This document shows, in pieces, positions 36,319 through 45,592 of a stretch of 64,000 nucleotides of DNA. The stretch is from Acidimicrobiales bacterium (GTDB taxonomy: Bacteria; Actinomycetota; Acidimicrobiia; Acidimicrobiales; CATQHL01). The notes beneath the pieces are model-generated. The model searched no databases, had not been told where the DNA came from, and saw only the letters and a list, made by a program, of their open reading frames with translations. The stretch spans positions 3,035,419 through 3,099,418 of the forward strand of contig OY760933.1 of assembly GCA_963664235.1 (NCBI GenBank), read 5' to 3'. The translations under genes were made by a program, and so were the position numbers. Within the stretch, counting starts at the first letter, position 1; every line of letters begins with the position of its first letter.

Positions 36319-37521
36319 ATGCGCGCGATCATTCATTCTCATTATCTTTCGAGTTCGTTGGGTGCGGTTGCGCTGGCGTTTCTCGTTGTCGTCGGATGCG
36401 GTCAGGACGCCGGGTCCTCCACCGAGGCACCCACCGCGGCGGCTCCTGCGCCCAACCCCGAACCAACTCCGCCGCCGGAGCCAGAACCGCCGGCACCACC
36501 CGAACCCCAGCCCGAGCCGGCTCCGCCACCGGAGCCGAGTCCCGAACCCGCCCCCGAACCGCCGCTGGAGCCGGGGGAGGTCACGGTGGTCACACACGAT
36601 TCCTTCGCCGTCTCCGAGGGCATCATCGAGTCGTTCGAGGAGAGCACCGGAATCACGGTGAACCTGCTCACCGGCGAGGACACCGGGTCGATGCTGAGCC
36701 AGGTCATCCTCACCAAGGACAACCCCATCGCCGATGTGGTCTTCGGCATCGACAACACGTTCCTGCAGCGGGCCCTGGACGAGGATCTCTTCATCCCGTA
36801 CCGCTCGCCTGCCGTCGACAGCGTGCCGGCCGAACTGCAACTCGACCCCGAGGACCGCGTCACGCCCATCGACTACGGCGACGTGTGTGTGAACTACTGG
36901 CTCGACGCCACCGACGGTGATCCACCGTCGACCCTCGAGGATCTTGCCAATCCTCGCCACGCCGGCTCATTCGTAACCCAGAACCCCGAGACCTCCTCGC
37001 CGGGCCTGGCCTTCCTGCTGGCCACCGTGGCAGCGTTCGGTGCCGACGGCTGGGAGGACTACTGGGCAGGCCTGCGTGACGGGGGAGTGTCGGTCACCGC
37101 CGGCTGGAGCGAGGCCTACTTCGGGGAGTTCGTGGCCGGGGGAGGGGACCGGGCTCTCGTGACCTCGTATGCCACCAGCCCGGTGGCGGAAGTGCTGTTC
37201 GCCGACCCGCCGACGGACACCCCGCCCACCGGCGTGCTGACCGACGGATGCTTCCGCCAGATCGAGTTCGCCGGAATCCTGGCGGGCACCGGGAACCTCC
37301 CCGGTGCTCAGGCGTTCGTGGACTTCATGCTCTCGGACACCTTCCAGGAGGACATCCCGCTGAACATGTTCGTGTTCCCCGCCAGCAGCACCGCCGAAGT
37401 GCCCGAGGTCTTCGCCGCCCACGCCGTGGAGGTCGAGGAACCACTCAGCCTCGACCCAGCGCTGATCGCCGCCGAGCGGGACAATTGGACACGCCGCTGG
37501 GTCGAGATCGTCCTGCGGTAG
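36319..37521 (+). CDS. ABC transporter substrate-binding lipoprotein (thiamine/iron(III) SBP family; thiamine-related by riboswitch context)
   Basis: Lipobox LVVVGC, a Pro/Glu-rich linker, then an SBP fold (VVTHDSFAVSE...NLLTGEDTG...ADVVFGIDN). Confidence 0.75.
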   Translation: MRAIIHSHYLSSSLGAVALAFLVVVGCGQDAGSSTEAPTAAAPAPNPEPTPPPEPEPPAPPEPQPEPAPPPEPSPEPAPEPPLEPGEVTVVTHDSFAVSEGIIESFEESTGITVNLLTGEDTGSMLSQVILTKDNPIADVVFGIDNTFLQRALDEDLFIPYRSPAVDSVPAELQLDPEDRVTPIDYGDVCVNYWLDATDGDPPSTLEDLANPRHAGSFVTQNPETSSPGLAFLLATVAAFGADGWEDYWAGLRDGGVSVTAGWSEAYFGEFVAGGGDRALVTSYATSPVAEVLFADPPTDTPPTGVLTDGCFRQIEFAGILAGTGNLPGAQAFVDFMLSDTFQEDIPLNMFVFPASSTAEVPEVFAAHAVEVEEPLSLDPALIAAERDNWTRRWVEIVLR

Positions 37522-37532
37522 CCGACCGGCAC

Positions 37533-39140
37533 ATGCGCTCCCGCCGGCTGGCACCGGCCGCCCTGGCCGCACTGCCGGCGGCCTTCATCGGGATCTTCTT
37601 CCTGTACCCGCTGGTCGGCGTGCTGGTCCGCAGCTTCGACGCCGGCACCCTGCTCGCGACCTGGCGCAACCCGATCACAGCCGACGTGCTGTGGTTCACC
37701 ACCTGGCAGGCATTTGCCTCCACCGGTCTCTGCCTGGTCGTGGCGCTGCCCACCGCGGCAGTGCTGGCGCGCCTGCGCTTCCGCGGCCGGCGGCTCGTGC
37801 ACGCCCTCCTGGTGGTTCCGTTCGTGCTGCCGACGGTGGTGGTGGCCGCCGCCTTCCTCTCACTCATGGATCGCTTCGGCCTCGCAGACCGCTTCCACCA
37901 CACGGTGTGGGCCATCCTGGCGGCGCACGTGTTCTTCAACTACGCCGTCATCGCCCGCTCGGTGGCGGCCTACTGGTCGCAGCTGGATCCGGCCCCCGAA
38001 CAGGCCGCCGCGGTCCTGGGAGCGAGCCCGCTGCGGGTCTTCGGAGCGGTCACGCTGCCGCGCCTGGCGCCCGCGATCGGTGCCGTGAGCGCCATCGTGT
38101 TCTTGTTCAACTTCACCTCCTTCGGCGTCATCCTCATTCTGGGCGGGCCGCGCCGGGCGACCCTGGACACCGAGATCTGGCGCTTCGCCGTGCAGCGCCT
38201 GGAGTTCGACACCGCTGCGGCGCTGGCGCTTCTGCAGTTGCTGTGCGTGCTGGTGCTCGTGGTGGGAGCAACTCTCTGGCAGCGCCGCCGGCACATTGCC
38301 GAGCGTCTCCGCACCGACACCGCCCGGCGTGTGCGCGGCTCCGCCGACCGCGTCCTCCTCGCCGGGACGCTCGGGGTGGCCGCCGCCGTCGTGGGGTTGC
38401 CGCTGGCAATGCTGGTGGAACGTTCGCTGCGCAGCGGCGGGACCTACACGCTCGAGAACTACCGGCGCCTGGGGCAGGGTGGCGAGCGCCTGCAGGCCCT
38501 GTTCGTGTCGCCGCTGGCGGCGATCCGCCATTCCCTGGAGTTCGCCGCCACCGCCACGGCCATCGCCACGGTCGGAGGTCTGCTGGTCGCGCTCGCGGTC
38601 AGTGGCCGGCGCAAGCGCGGTGCGGCGGCCCTCGAGGGCGCCTTCCTCGTGCCTCTGGGCACCTCCGCGGTGATCCTGGGCTTCGGGATGCTGCTGGTGC
38701 TGGACCGCCCCCCGCTCGACCTGCGCCTGTCCTGGTGGCTTGTGCCCATCGCGCACGCCCTCATCGGGATGCCGTTCGTGATCCGCTCGGTCACCCCGGC
38801 GCTGGCGGCGGTGAGCCCGCGGCTGCGCGAGGCGGCGGCAGTCCTCGGCGCCCGGCCGGCGCGGGTGCGGCGCGAGGTGGACCTGCCCCTGGCGCTGCGA
38901 GGCCTGGCCGTCGGCGCCGGTTTCGCCTTCGCGGTGTCGCTGGGGGAGTTCGGCGCCACAGCCTTCGTCGTCCGCCCCGAGCGCCCCACCGTCCCCATCG
39001 CCATCTTCCGCCTGCTGGGGCGACCCGGTGAGGCGGCATTCGGGCAGGCCATGGCCATGAGCGTGATACTGCTGGTCATGACCGCGATGGCCGTGCTGGC
39101 GATCGACAGGCTCCGCCCCGCCGGGGCGGCGGACTTCTGA
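37533..39140 (+). CDS. ABC transporter permease, duplicated (two-domain, ~12 TM) ThiP/FbpB-like
   Basis: 535 aa from ATG 37533 inside ORF 37248..39140. It contains two tandem binding-protein-dependent permease domains. Confidence 0.85.
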   Translation: MRSRRLAPAALAALPAAFIGIFFLYPLVGVLVRSFDAGTLLATWRNPITADVLWFTTWQAFASTGLCLVVALPTAAVLARLRFRGRRLVHALLVVPFVLPTVVVAAAFLSLMDRFGLADRFHHTVWAILAAHVFFNYAVIARSVAAYWSQLDPAPEQAAAVLGASPLRVFGAVTLPRLAPAIGAVSAIVFLFNFTSFGVILILGGPRRATLDTEIWRFAVQRLEFDTAAALALLQLLCVLVLVVGATLWQRRRHIAERLRTDTARRVRGSADRVLLAGTLGVAAAVVGLPLAMLVERSLRSGGTYTLENYRRLGQGGERLQALFVSPLAAIRHSLEFAATATAIATVGGLLVALAVSGRRKRGAAALEGAFLVPLGTSAVILGFGMLLVLDRPPLDLRLSWWLVPIAHALIGMPFVIRSVTPALAAVSPRLREAAAVLGARPARVRREVDLPLALRGLAVGAGFAFAVSLGEFGATAFVVRPERPTVPIAIFRLLGRPGEAAFGQAMAMSVILLVMTAMAVLAIDRLRPAGAADF

Positions 39141-39141
39141 G

Positions 39142-40320
39142 ATGAACGAGCCAACGACCGGTCCCGCACCGTCGCCTCTGGAACCCCCTGAACCCGGTCC
39201 CCCGTCGTCATTCCGGCGAAGGCCGGAATCCAGTCCCGGAGAGGGACTGACGATCCGCGACCTGACGGTGAGCCTGGGAGGCAGTGACCTCCTAGCCGAC
39301 CTCGACCTGTCGGTGCGCCGCGGCGAGATCCTGGCGCTGCTGGGCCCCAGCGGCTGCGGGAAGACGACACTGTTGCGCACCATCGCCGGACTGCAGGCAC
39401 CCGCCGGCGGATCGGTCTCCTGGGCGGGGGAGGACCAACGGTCGGTCCCCGCGCACCGCCGGCGCTTCGGCTTGGTCTTCCAGGACCATGCCCTCCTGCC
39501 GCATCGCAACGTGGGCGCCAACGTGGCCTTCGGGCTGCGGATGCAGAAGATCCCCGCTCCCGAGCGCCGCCGCCGCGTCGCCGAGATGTTGCACATGGTC
39601 GGCCTCGAGGGGTACGAGCGTCGCAGCGTGGCGACCCTCTCGGGCGGCGAGGCTCAACGAGTCGCCCTGGCACGCGCCCTGGTGACCGAGCCCAAGCTGC
39701 TGCTGGCCGACGAGCCGTTCGCCGCCCTGGATCGCCCGCTGCACGACCGCCTCCTCGCCGACGTCCGGCGCATACTCACCGAACTCCGTCAAACCGCAAT
39801 CCACGTCACCCACGACCACACAGAGGCGTTCGCCATCGCCGACCGGGTAGCACTCATGCGAGACGGCCGCATCCACCGCACCGCCACCCCGCAGCAACTC
39901 CGGGACGACCCCCAGGACGCCTGGACCGCCACCTTCCTCGGGCTGGGCACCATCTGGTACCCCACCGGGGGAGCGGCCACCACCGGCGAGCTCGACACAC
40001 CCTGGGGCCCCCTGACCCTCCCCCCATCGACTGCAGGCAAGCCCACCGCCTCCTCCTCCGGTGATTTCTGCCTGCTGATTCGTCCCGAGGCCGTGCGTCT
40101 TCACCGGCCGGCGGGAGTCAGCGCAACAGTCAGCGACGTCAGGGTCGCGGGCGACCGCACCATCGCCACCTTCCATGTCCCTGCTGCGCCCCCCGTCGAC
40201 GGCTACGTCGCCGCCGGGGCCACTCCCGGCCAAACCAGCACGATCAGCCTCGACCCCTCCGGAGTCACGATGCTGCGTTCCGACGCTGCCCAGCTGAGTG
40301 TACGATTCGTACATGAATGA
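39142..40320 (+). CDS. ABC transporter ATP-binding protein with C-terminal TOBE-like domain
   Basis: Walker A GPSGCGKTT, signature LSGGEAQR, Walker B LLLADEP. The N-terminal about 35 aa (incl. SSFRRRPESS) is encoded by an inserted palindromic repeat. Confidence 0.85.
   Translation: MNEPTTGPAPSPLEPPEPGPPSSFRRRPESSPGEGLTIRDLTVSLGGSDLLADLDLSVRRGEILALLGPSGCGKTTLLRTIAGLQAPAGGSVSWAGEDQRSVPAHRRRFGLVFQDHALLPHRNVGANVAFGLRMQKIPAPERRRRVAEMLHMVGLEGYERRSVATLSGGEAQRVALARALVTEPKLLLADEPFAALDRPLHDRLLADVRRILTELRQTAIHVTHDHTEAFAIADRVALMRDGRIHRTATPQQLRDDPQDAWTATFLGLGTIWYPTGGAATTGELDTPWGPLTLPPSTAGKPTASSSGDFCLLIRPEAVRLHRPAGVSATVSDVRVAGDRTIATFHVPAAPPVDGYVAAGATPGQTSTISLDPSGVTMLRSDAAQLSVRFVHE
39207..39233 (+). repeat. 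REP/MITE-like palindromic element, copy 1 (inside ABC ATPase 5' region)
   Basis: gtcATTCCGGCgaagGCCGGAATccag is a perfect 8-bp palindrome. It is the reverse complement of the copies at 54.4, 55.4 and 56.6 kb. Confidence 0.8.
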
Positions 40321-40564
40321 GGTGGCGGTAAGCGAGGCACGAAACCGGCTGGCCGAGGTGATCGAGGAGACCCGTCGCTCGGGCGAGCCGATCTCGGTGA
40401 CACGGCGGGGCCGGCGGATCGCTGTGATCCTGGACTCCGACGCCTTCGACCGGCTCGTCGACAGTGCAGACGACGCCGCTGATCGCCGCGAACTCGAGGC
40501 CGCGCGGTTCGACGACGACTACGTGCCCTGGGACGAGGTAAAGGCTGCACTGGGACTCGAGTGA
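40313..40564 (+). CDS. type II antitoxin, Phd/YefM family
   Basis: MNEVAVSEARNRLAEVIEETRRSGEPISVTRRGRRIAVILD. The start overlaps the ABC ATPase stop. Confidence 0.85.
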   Translation: MNEVAVSEARNRLAEVIEETRRSGEPISVTRRGRRIAVILDSDAFDRLVDSADDAADRRELEAARFDDDYVPWDEVKAALGLE

Positions 40565-40824
40565 GCCGCTACACCGTCGAGATCGCCCGCCGGGCGGTCA
40601 AGTCGATCGCCCGGCTGCCCCGCATCGAACAGCAGCGGGTTCGAGCCACCATTGATCTGTTGGCCGACGCGCCGCGGCCACCAAACTGTGTCGCTCTGGC
40701 AGGTGAGGAGTCCGTCTACCGGGTACGCGTCGGTGACTACCGCATCCTCTACGAGGCCATCGATGCCCGGCTGGTGATTCACGTCGTCCGTGTCGCTCAT
40801 CGCCGCGAGGGTTACCGGCGCTGA
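40561..40824 (+). CDS. type II toxin, RelE/ParE superfamily
   Basis: 87 aa with a GTGA overlap onto the antitoxin. Carries YRVRVGDYRILYEAIDARLVIHVVRVAHRREGY. Confidence 0.85.
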   Translation: MSRYTVEIARRAVKSIARLPRIEQQRVRATIDLLADAPRPPNCVALAGEESVYRVRVGDYRILYEAIDARLVIHVVRVAHRREGYRR

Positions 40825-40940
40825 TGAACCCGATCAGAAGACCACATACATGAACACCGAGGCCGAGGCTGCGCCGCCGGAGGTAGGGGAGCGTCGCTCA
40901 GTCGCCAGCGGTCGGATTGCCTTCACCGCGGCCTGTGCCC

Positions 40941-40968
40941 TTGGCAATCTTTGCCAACGCACTACAAT
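40941..40968 (+). promoter_or_regulatory. putative parDE promoter with overlapping palindromic operator
   Basis: TTGGCA (-35), a 16-nt spacer and TACAAT (-10) end 8 nt before ATG 40977, implying a leaderless or near-leaderless transcript. The perfect inverted repeat TTGGCAA-tct-TTGCCAA (40941..40957) overlaps the -35. Confidence 0.4.
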
Positions 40969-40976
40969 CGGCACGT

Positions 40977-41210
40977 ATGACAACGATGAACGTCTCACTT
41001 CCCGACGAACTCAAGACATTTGTCGACTCCCAAGTCGACCTTGGCCATTTCGGATCGACGAGTGAATATGTTCGTGACCTGATCCGACGGGACCACGATC
41101 GCCGCCAGCTTCGAAGCGCGCTCCTCGAAGGAGGTCGCACCCCTGTAGCCGGCAACGCAGACGCCGCCTACTTCGCCTCACTCCGACACCAGGCCCAAGC
41201 CGGCGCCTGA
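40977..41210 (+). CDS. parD: type II antitoxin ParD (RHH/CopG-like)
   Basis: MNVSLPDELKTFVDSQVDLGHFGSTSEYVRDLIRRD is typical of ParD. Confidence 0.8.
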   Translation: MTTMNVSLPDELKTFVDSQVDLGHFGSTSEYVRDLIRRDHDRRQLRSALLEGGRTPVAGNADAAYFASLRHQAQAGA

Positions 41211-41218
41211 TTCAGTCG

Positions 41219-41539
41219 GTGCAGGTCGACCTTCGCGCCCTCGCAGCCGCCGACATTGAGGCCGCGGTTAACTACTACCGGGACGACGCCAGTCCGCAGA
41301 CAGCGCTCGAATTCGTGGATGCCCTCGAGGCCGCCATCAACCATCTCCGCCGCTATCCGAACAGCGGCTCCCTCCGATTTGCGTTCGAACTCGAGATCCC
41401 GGAGTTGCGGAGTTGGCCTCTCCAGAAGTTTCCCTACGTCATCTTCTACCTGGCCCAGGACGATCGCATCGACATCTGGCGCGTCCTGCACGCCAGGCGT
41501 GACATCCCGGCCTACCTGTCGTCCAATCCTCCCCGATGA
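41219..41539 (+). CDS. parE: type II toxin ParE
   Basis: 106 aa with AAADIEAAVNYY..., FPYVIFYLAQDDRIDIWRVLHARRDI. Confidence 0.8.
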   Translation: MQVDLRALAAADIEAAVNYYRDDASPQTALEFVDALEAAINHLRRYPNSGSLRFAFELEIPELRSWPLQKFPYVIFYLAQDDRIDIWRVLHARRDIPAYLSSNPPR

Positions 41540-41686
41540 ACCCAGTGACAGCAGCGCCGGGGCCGAGGCCGGAAGCTGAAACAACGCCGGAAATGTCCGT
41601 TATGTAAAGTATCTACCTGTCACCGGGCGGCCGGGCGTCTCGTGGCCCGACTCGTCCTCCACGGCGCCTGTGACCGACCTTTCCGG

Positions 41687-44196
41687 TCAGCAACCACCGT
41701 CCCTGAACGGGTTGGCGCTGCGGGCCGGGGCGATCCTCCAGTCCATCAGGAAGTCCGTGCGGCAGAGGCCACCGAACTCGTGCATCAGGTTGCTGAGAAG
41801 CGTGAGATCTCCCGAGGAGTCGAGGAATGCGCGCCACAGGTCCGCGCCGTCGCTTATGTACTCCGTGTACCAATCAGGGACCTCCCCGGCCAGTCCGCTG
41901 CGAAGCACCTCCAGATCCTCGTCGGTTGGCGTCGCGGGCGTCTCCGGACAGGCAGACAGCCGCCCGTAGTAGGTCAGGAATGCGTCCGAATCGACGAGGT
42001 GCAGCATGGCATCCGCGAGCGCTTCGGTTCCTCCGAACGTGCAGCGGGGGTAGGTCACGGCGAAATAGAGCTGGACAGCGCCCCATGCCCTGTTCGGCGT
42101 GAAAGTCGTCGTGTGGTCGTAGACGTGAGCCAACTCGTGGACGCCGATGTGGACGATCTCGCGAGTACTGAGGCGATTCAGTCTCGTGCCGATCGCGACC
42201 TGCGAGGTCCGGCATTCGAACGCTCCGGGCTCAACGAACCCGCAGCTCACCCTTGTGCTCCCCCCGGCTGCCCGGTCGAATATGCGGACGTCCTCACGTA
42301 CGTGATCCCAGGCGACTCGCAGCCAGGGGAATTCATCCTCTTCCTGACGGACCAACTCGTCCATCGCGGCTCGGAACGGTCGGGCATCGATCATGGAATC
42401 CGCGTCGCTCCAGACGGGCAAATTCAACTGTGCGACGGCCGTCCGCCCGGCGCCGCCCGGCGCCGCCACCCTCGAAGGTGTCAGCCGAGCATCGGTGTCA
42501 CCAACACCGAGTTGCCCGTAGTAGTTGTGACCCCAGCACAGAACGCCATCACCGGCGGTCACGGCGCACGCATGTGAGCCACTCCAAGTGTTGCCGCTGC
42601 TTACGGTGACCGCCAGTGCATCGCGGATGTCCAATCGCACGGGCGCCAGCTGACTCTCCGCCGTGCCGGTCCCCAATTGGCCCACGTGATTGGTGCCCCA
42701 ACACGACACGCCACCGTCCCGGTGCAGCACGCAGGAACTGAATTCGCCTATGTCCACTGCCAGTGCGTCAGCGATGCCGAGCACCGCCGCCGGTCGCGGC
42801 TCTTCGAGGAACGGCTCCCGGTACCGAGGAGGCCGACCTCCGTGACCGCCTCACCGGATGCGTTGTAGTACCAGAATTCGTTCTGTCCCCAGCAGGAGAC
42901 CTCGCCCGACCTCCGCACGGCACAGCTGGACCCTCCGCCCGCCGATACCGCAACGGCGTCATCGATGCCCTTCACCTTCGTCGGCGACGAGCTCGACGAG
43001 CGCGTGCCGTCGCCGAGTTGCCCGTAGTAGTTGCCGCCCCAACAGGACACCGAACCGTCGGCGTGGAGGGCGCAGGCGTGGCTCGCTCCGGCTGCAATCC
43101 CGACGAGATCGCTCAAGCCCGTGACCTTCTGAGGCCAGTCTCTGGATTGCCGGGGCCAGTCGCCCAATAATCCGGCGAAGTCCAACCCCCAACACGAGGC
43201 CGTCCCGTCCGCGTGCACCACGCACGTGAACCGCGCACCCGCCGCGACGTCCACGGCATCCCCGATACCCGGCACCTTCGTCGGCACAGCCAGACCACTC
43301 GCGTGCTCCACCACGGGAACCGTCGGATCACCACCGGTCGGACCTTCCTGCTGTGGCACTGGGCTACCGGGAGTTCCCTGCCCCAGTTCGCCCTCGGATT
43401 CGATCCCCCAGCAGGAGACCGTCTGATCCTCGTGGAGCACGCAGGTATGACCGTCGCCGGTTCCCGATGACGAATCCCCGATGCTGATAGCCACGGCGTC
43501 ACGAACGCCGAGAGCAGGGATCGGGGACATCGCCACATAGATCGAGGGATCGCCGAGCCGGAACCCGTGGCTGTTGTCCCCCCAGCAGTCGACACCGCCG
43601 CCTGCGTTGACGGCGCACGTGTGGTACCCGCTCGCCGCAATGAGTGCGGCGACTGCTCCCGGCCCGGAGTCCTGCGGCGCTTCGATCGAACCCGCCGCCG
43701 CGGCGGCGCTCAGACTCAAGGGCGAACTCGACAGCCAGCGCCGCACGTCGGCGTCCGGCGGGAACAAGCGCCGCGACGGCAACAGCCGCTCACCCCACGA
43801 ACCTTCAGCGCCTCGCTGCTGCAACCCGAACTCGACACGACCGCTCTCGAGTCGCCGCGCCACGATGCGCACCTCCACCTCCGCGCTGGGACCTTCGAAG
43901 GCAGTGGTGTCGGTGCTCAGCACCAGCCGCGAACTCGACAGCCAGCGCCGCACGTCGGCGTCCGGCGGGAACAAGCGCCGCGACGGCAACAGCCGCTCAC
44001 CCCACGAACCTTCAGCGCCTCGCTGCTGCAACCCGAACTCGACACGACCGCTCTCGAGTCGCCGCGCCACGATGCGCACCTCCACCTCCGACGTCTCGCC
44101 GCCGGCCTCCTGAGCCGCGGCGGTCGCGGGACTGGCGCCCCCGATCAGGACAACGAGCAGCAGCGCAGCCGCCGGTCGAACAAGTCGCGGGATCAC
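41687..44196 (-). pseudogene. secreted repeat-module + RCC1-propeller + HExxH/6-Cys C-terminal domain protein, paralogue A, split by a -1 frameshift in a C3/G3 run
   Basis: ORFs 42748..44196 and 41687..42784 are the two halves of one gene. Adding one G to the GGG run at 42817..42819 gives a continuous 836-aa ORF (..GLLGTGEPFLEEPRPAAVLGIADALAV..) collinear with the 45593..47938 paralogue. Confidence 0.7.
43724..44090 (-). repeat. two perfect 160-bp direct repeats (period 207 bp) inside paralogue A
   Basis: 43724..43883 is identical to 43931..44090. Each encodes the module VEVRIVARRLESGRVEFGLQQRGAEGSWGERLLPSRRLFPPDADVRRWLSSS. Confidence 0.9.
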
Positions 44197-44348
44197 GGTC
44201 CGCCCCAGGCGATTCGAGCCAGGTGTTCAGTCCTGCCAATCCGTCGGCGACAGCACTCGTCCCGGCAACGAACTCGACGGAGTGCGCGGCGTCACCGTCC
44301 TCAAGACCTTCATGGACGGCAACCTAGTGCAAGGCTCTCAGACGAGTT

Positions 44349-45551
44349 TCACTGCCCTTTGCGGCGGTTCGTCCAGTAGTGCTTGCGGATGTGCACGGCG
44401 ACGTTGCGGGGGTTGTCGCGCCAGCACTGGAGCGGGTCGAAGCCGTCGTGGGCCAGGCACATGTTGCAGGACACGCACTCGACCCCTCCGGTACGGCCCG
44501 CCTCAAGCTTGCGGGCCAGATCCGGCTCGCGGATGAACGGCCGGGCCATGGCCAGGAAGTCGGCGTCGCCGGATTCGAGGATGTCGGTCATCGTCTGGGT
44601 GGTGCGGACGCCGCCGACGAGAATGATCGGCAGGCCCGTGGCCTCCTTGACAGCCTTGGCGAACGGCCGGTAGTAGGCCTCGGCGCCGGCCGGTTTCCTG
44701 GCCCGCTGGATCAGCAGGTTGCGCCAGGCCTGCGCACGGCCCACCGCCACGTACGGGCGAATGTTCTCGAAATAGCTCCGCATCACCCCGTAAGTGGTCT
44801 CGAAGCCGTTGATGCCCCGGTCGGTCAGGCCGCGGGCGCGTTCCAGCGACTCGTCACGCTGCAGCCCGTCGGCTACGGAGTCCTCGACGCTCAAGCGGGC
44901 GGTCACGGGCAACTCGTCGCCGACCGCGGCGCGTACTGCCTCGGCCACCTCGAAGAAGAACCGGCTGCGGCGCTCAGCGTCGCCACCCCAGTCGTCGTCG
45001 CGGGTGTTGGCGTGCGGCGAGCAGAACTCCGAGATGAGGTAGCCGTTGCCGCCGTGGATGTGAATTCCGTCGAAACCGGCCTCGGCCGCCCGGCGGGCGG
45101 CGGCCCCGAAGGCGCGCACCAGCCCGCTGACCTCCTCGGAGGTCATTTCGACAGGTTGGATCGTGTACATGGCGTTCGGGACGGGCGATGGCGCCACGGG
45201 TGTGATGCTCGACATCATCGTCTGGCTGCCGCAGTGGCCGATCTGGGCGAAGATCCGCCCTCCCGCCTCATGGACCGCCTCGGTCGCCTGCCGGAGCGCG
45301 GGGATGACCTTGTCGTCGTGGATTCCCGTCTGGTTGGCGCTGGCCTGCCCGCGCGGATCCACGTACATATGCCCGGTCAACAGCAGCCCCGCTCCCCCTT
45401 CGGCGAGGCGCCGGTACAACTCGACGAACGAGTCGTACACCACGCCGCTCGCCGAGGCCATCGTCTCCGACGTGGCCCCGCGCACGATGCGGTTGGGAAG
45501 CGTCAGCGAGCCGATCCGGCCGGGCCGCAGGTACGGGGGCGCAGTGCTCAC
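44349..45551 (-). CDS. NADH:flavin oxidoreductase (Old Yellow Enzyme family)
   Basis: Carries IGSLTLPNRIVRGATSE, LLLTGHMYV, FDGIHIHGGNGYLISEF and VGGVRT. GTG 45551 was chosen because the longer ORF would overlap paralogue B. Confidence 0.8.
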   Translation of the reverse strand: MSTAPPYLRPGRIGSLTLPNRIVRGATSETMASASGVVYDSFVELYRRLAEGGAGLLLTGHMYVDPRGQASANQTGIHDDKVIPALRQATEAVHEAGGRIFAQIGHCGSQTMMSSITPVAPSPVPNAMYTIQPVEMTSEEVSGLVRAFGAAARRAAEAGFDGIHIHGGNGYLISEFCSPHANTRDDDWGGDAERRSRFFFEVAEAVRAAVGDELPVTARLSVEDSVADGLQRDESLERARGLTDRGINGFETTYGVMRSYFENIRPYVAVGRAQAWRNLLIQRARKPAGAEAYYRPFAKAVKEATGLPIILVGGVRTTQTMTDILESGDADFLAMARPFIREPDLARKLEAGRTGGVECVSCNMCLAHDGFDPLQCWRDNPRNVAVHIRKHYWTNRRKGQ

Positions 45552-45592
45552 AGCCGGCAACCTAGTGGCGCCCCGCGCCGGCGGCGAGACCG

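Noticed and set aside
37860-39596. 578-aa ORF on the minus strand containing LDSGLRRND
   Set aside because: It is antisense to the ABC permease and ATPase. The LDSGLRRND peptide is the spurious translation of the palindromic repeat at 39207..39233.
41590-41625. Short AT-richer patch between convergent parE and RCC1 paralogue A
   Set aside because: It has no ORF, repeat or strong hairpin. It is probably just a convergent terminator or spacer region.
44315-45570. 13-nt identical string cggcaacctagtg at about 44317 and about 45555
   Set aside because: Dozens of 13-mer coincidences are expected by chance in 64 kb. The flanks show no further similarity.
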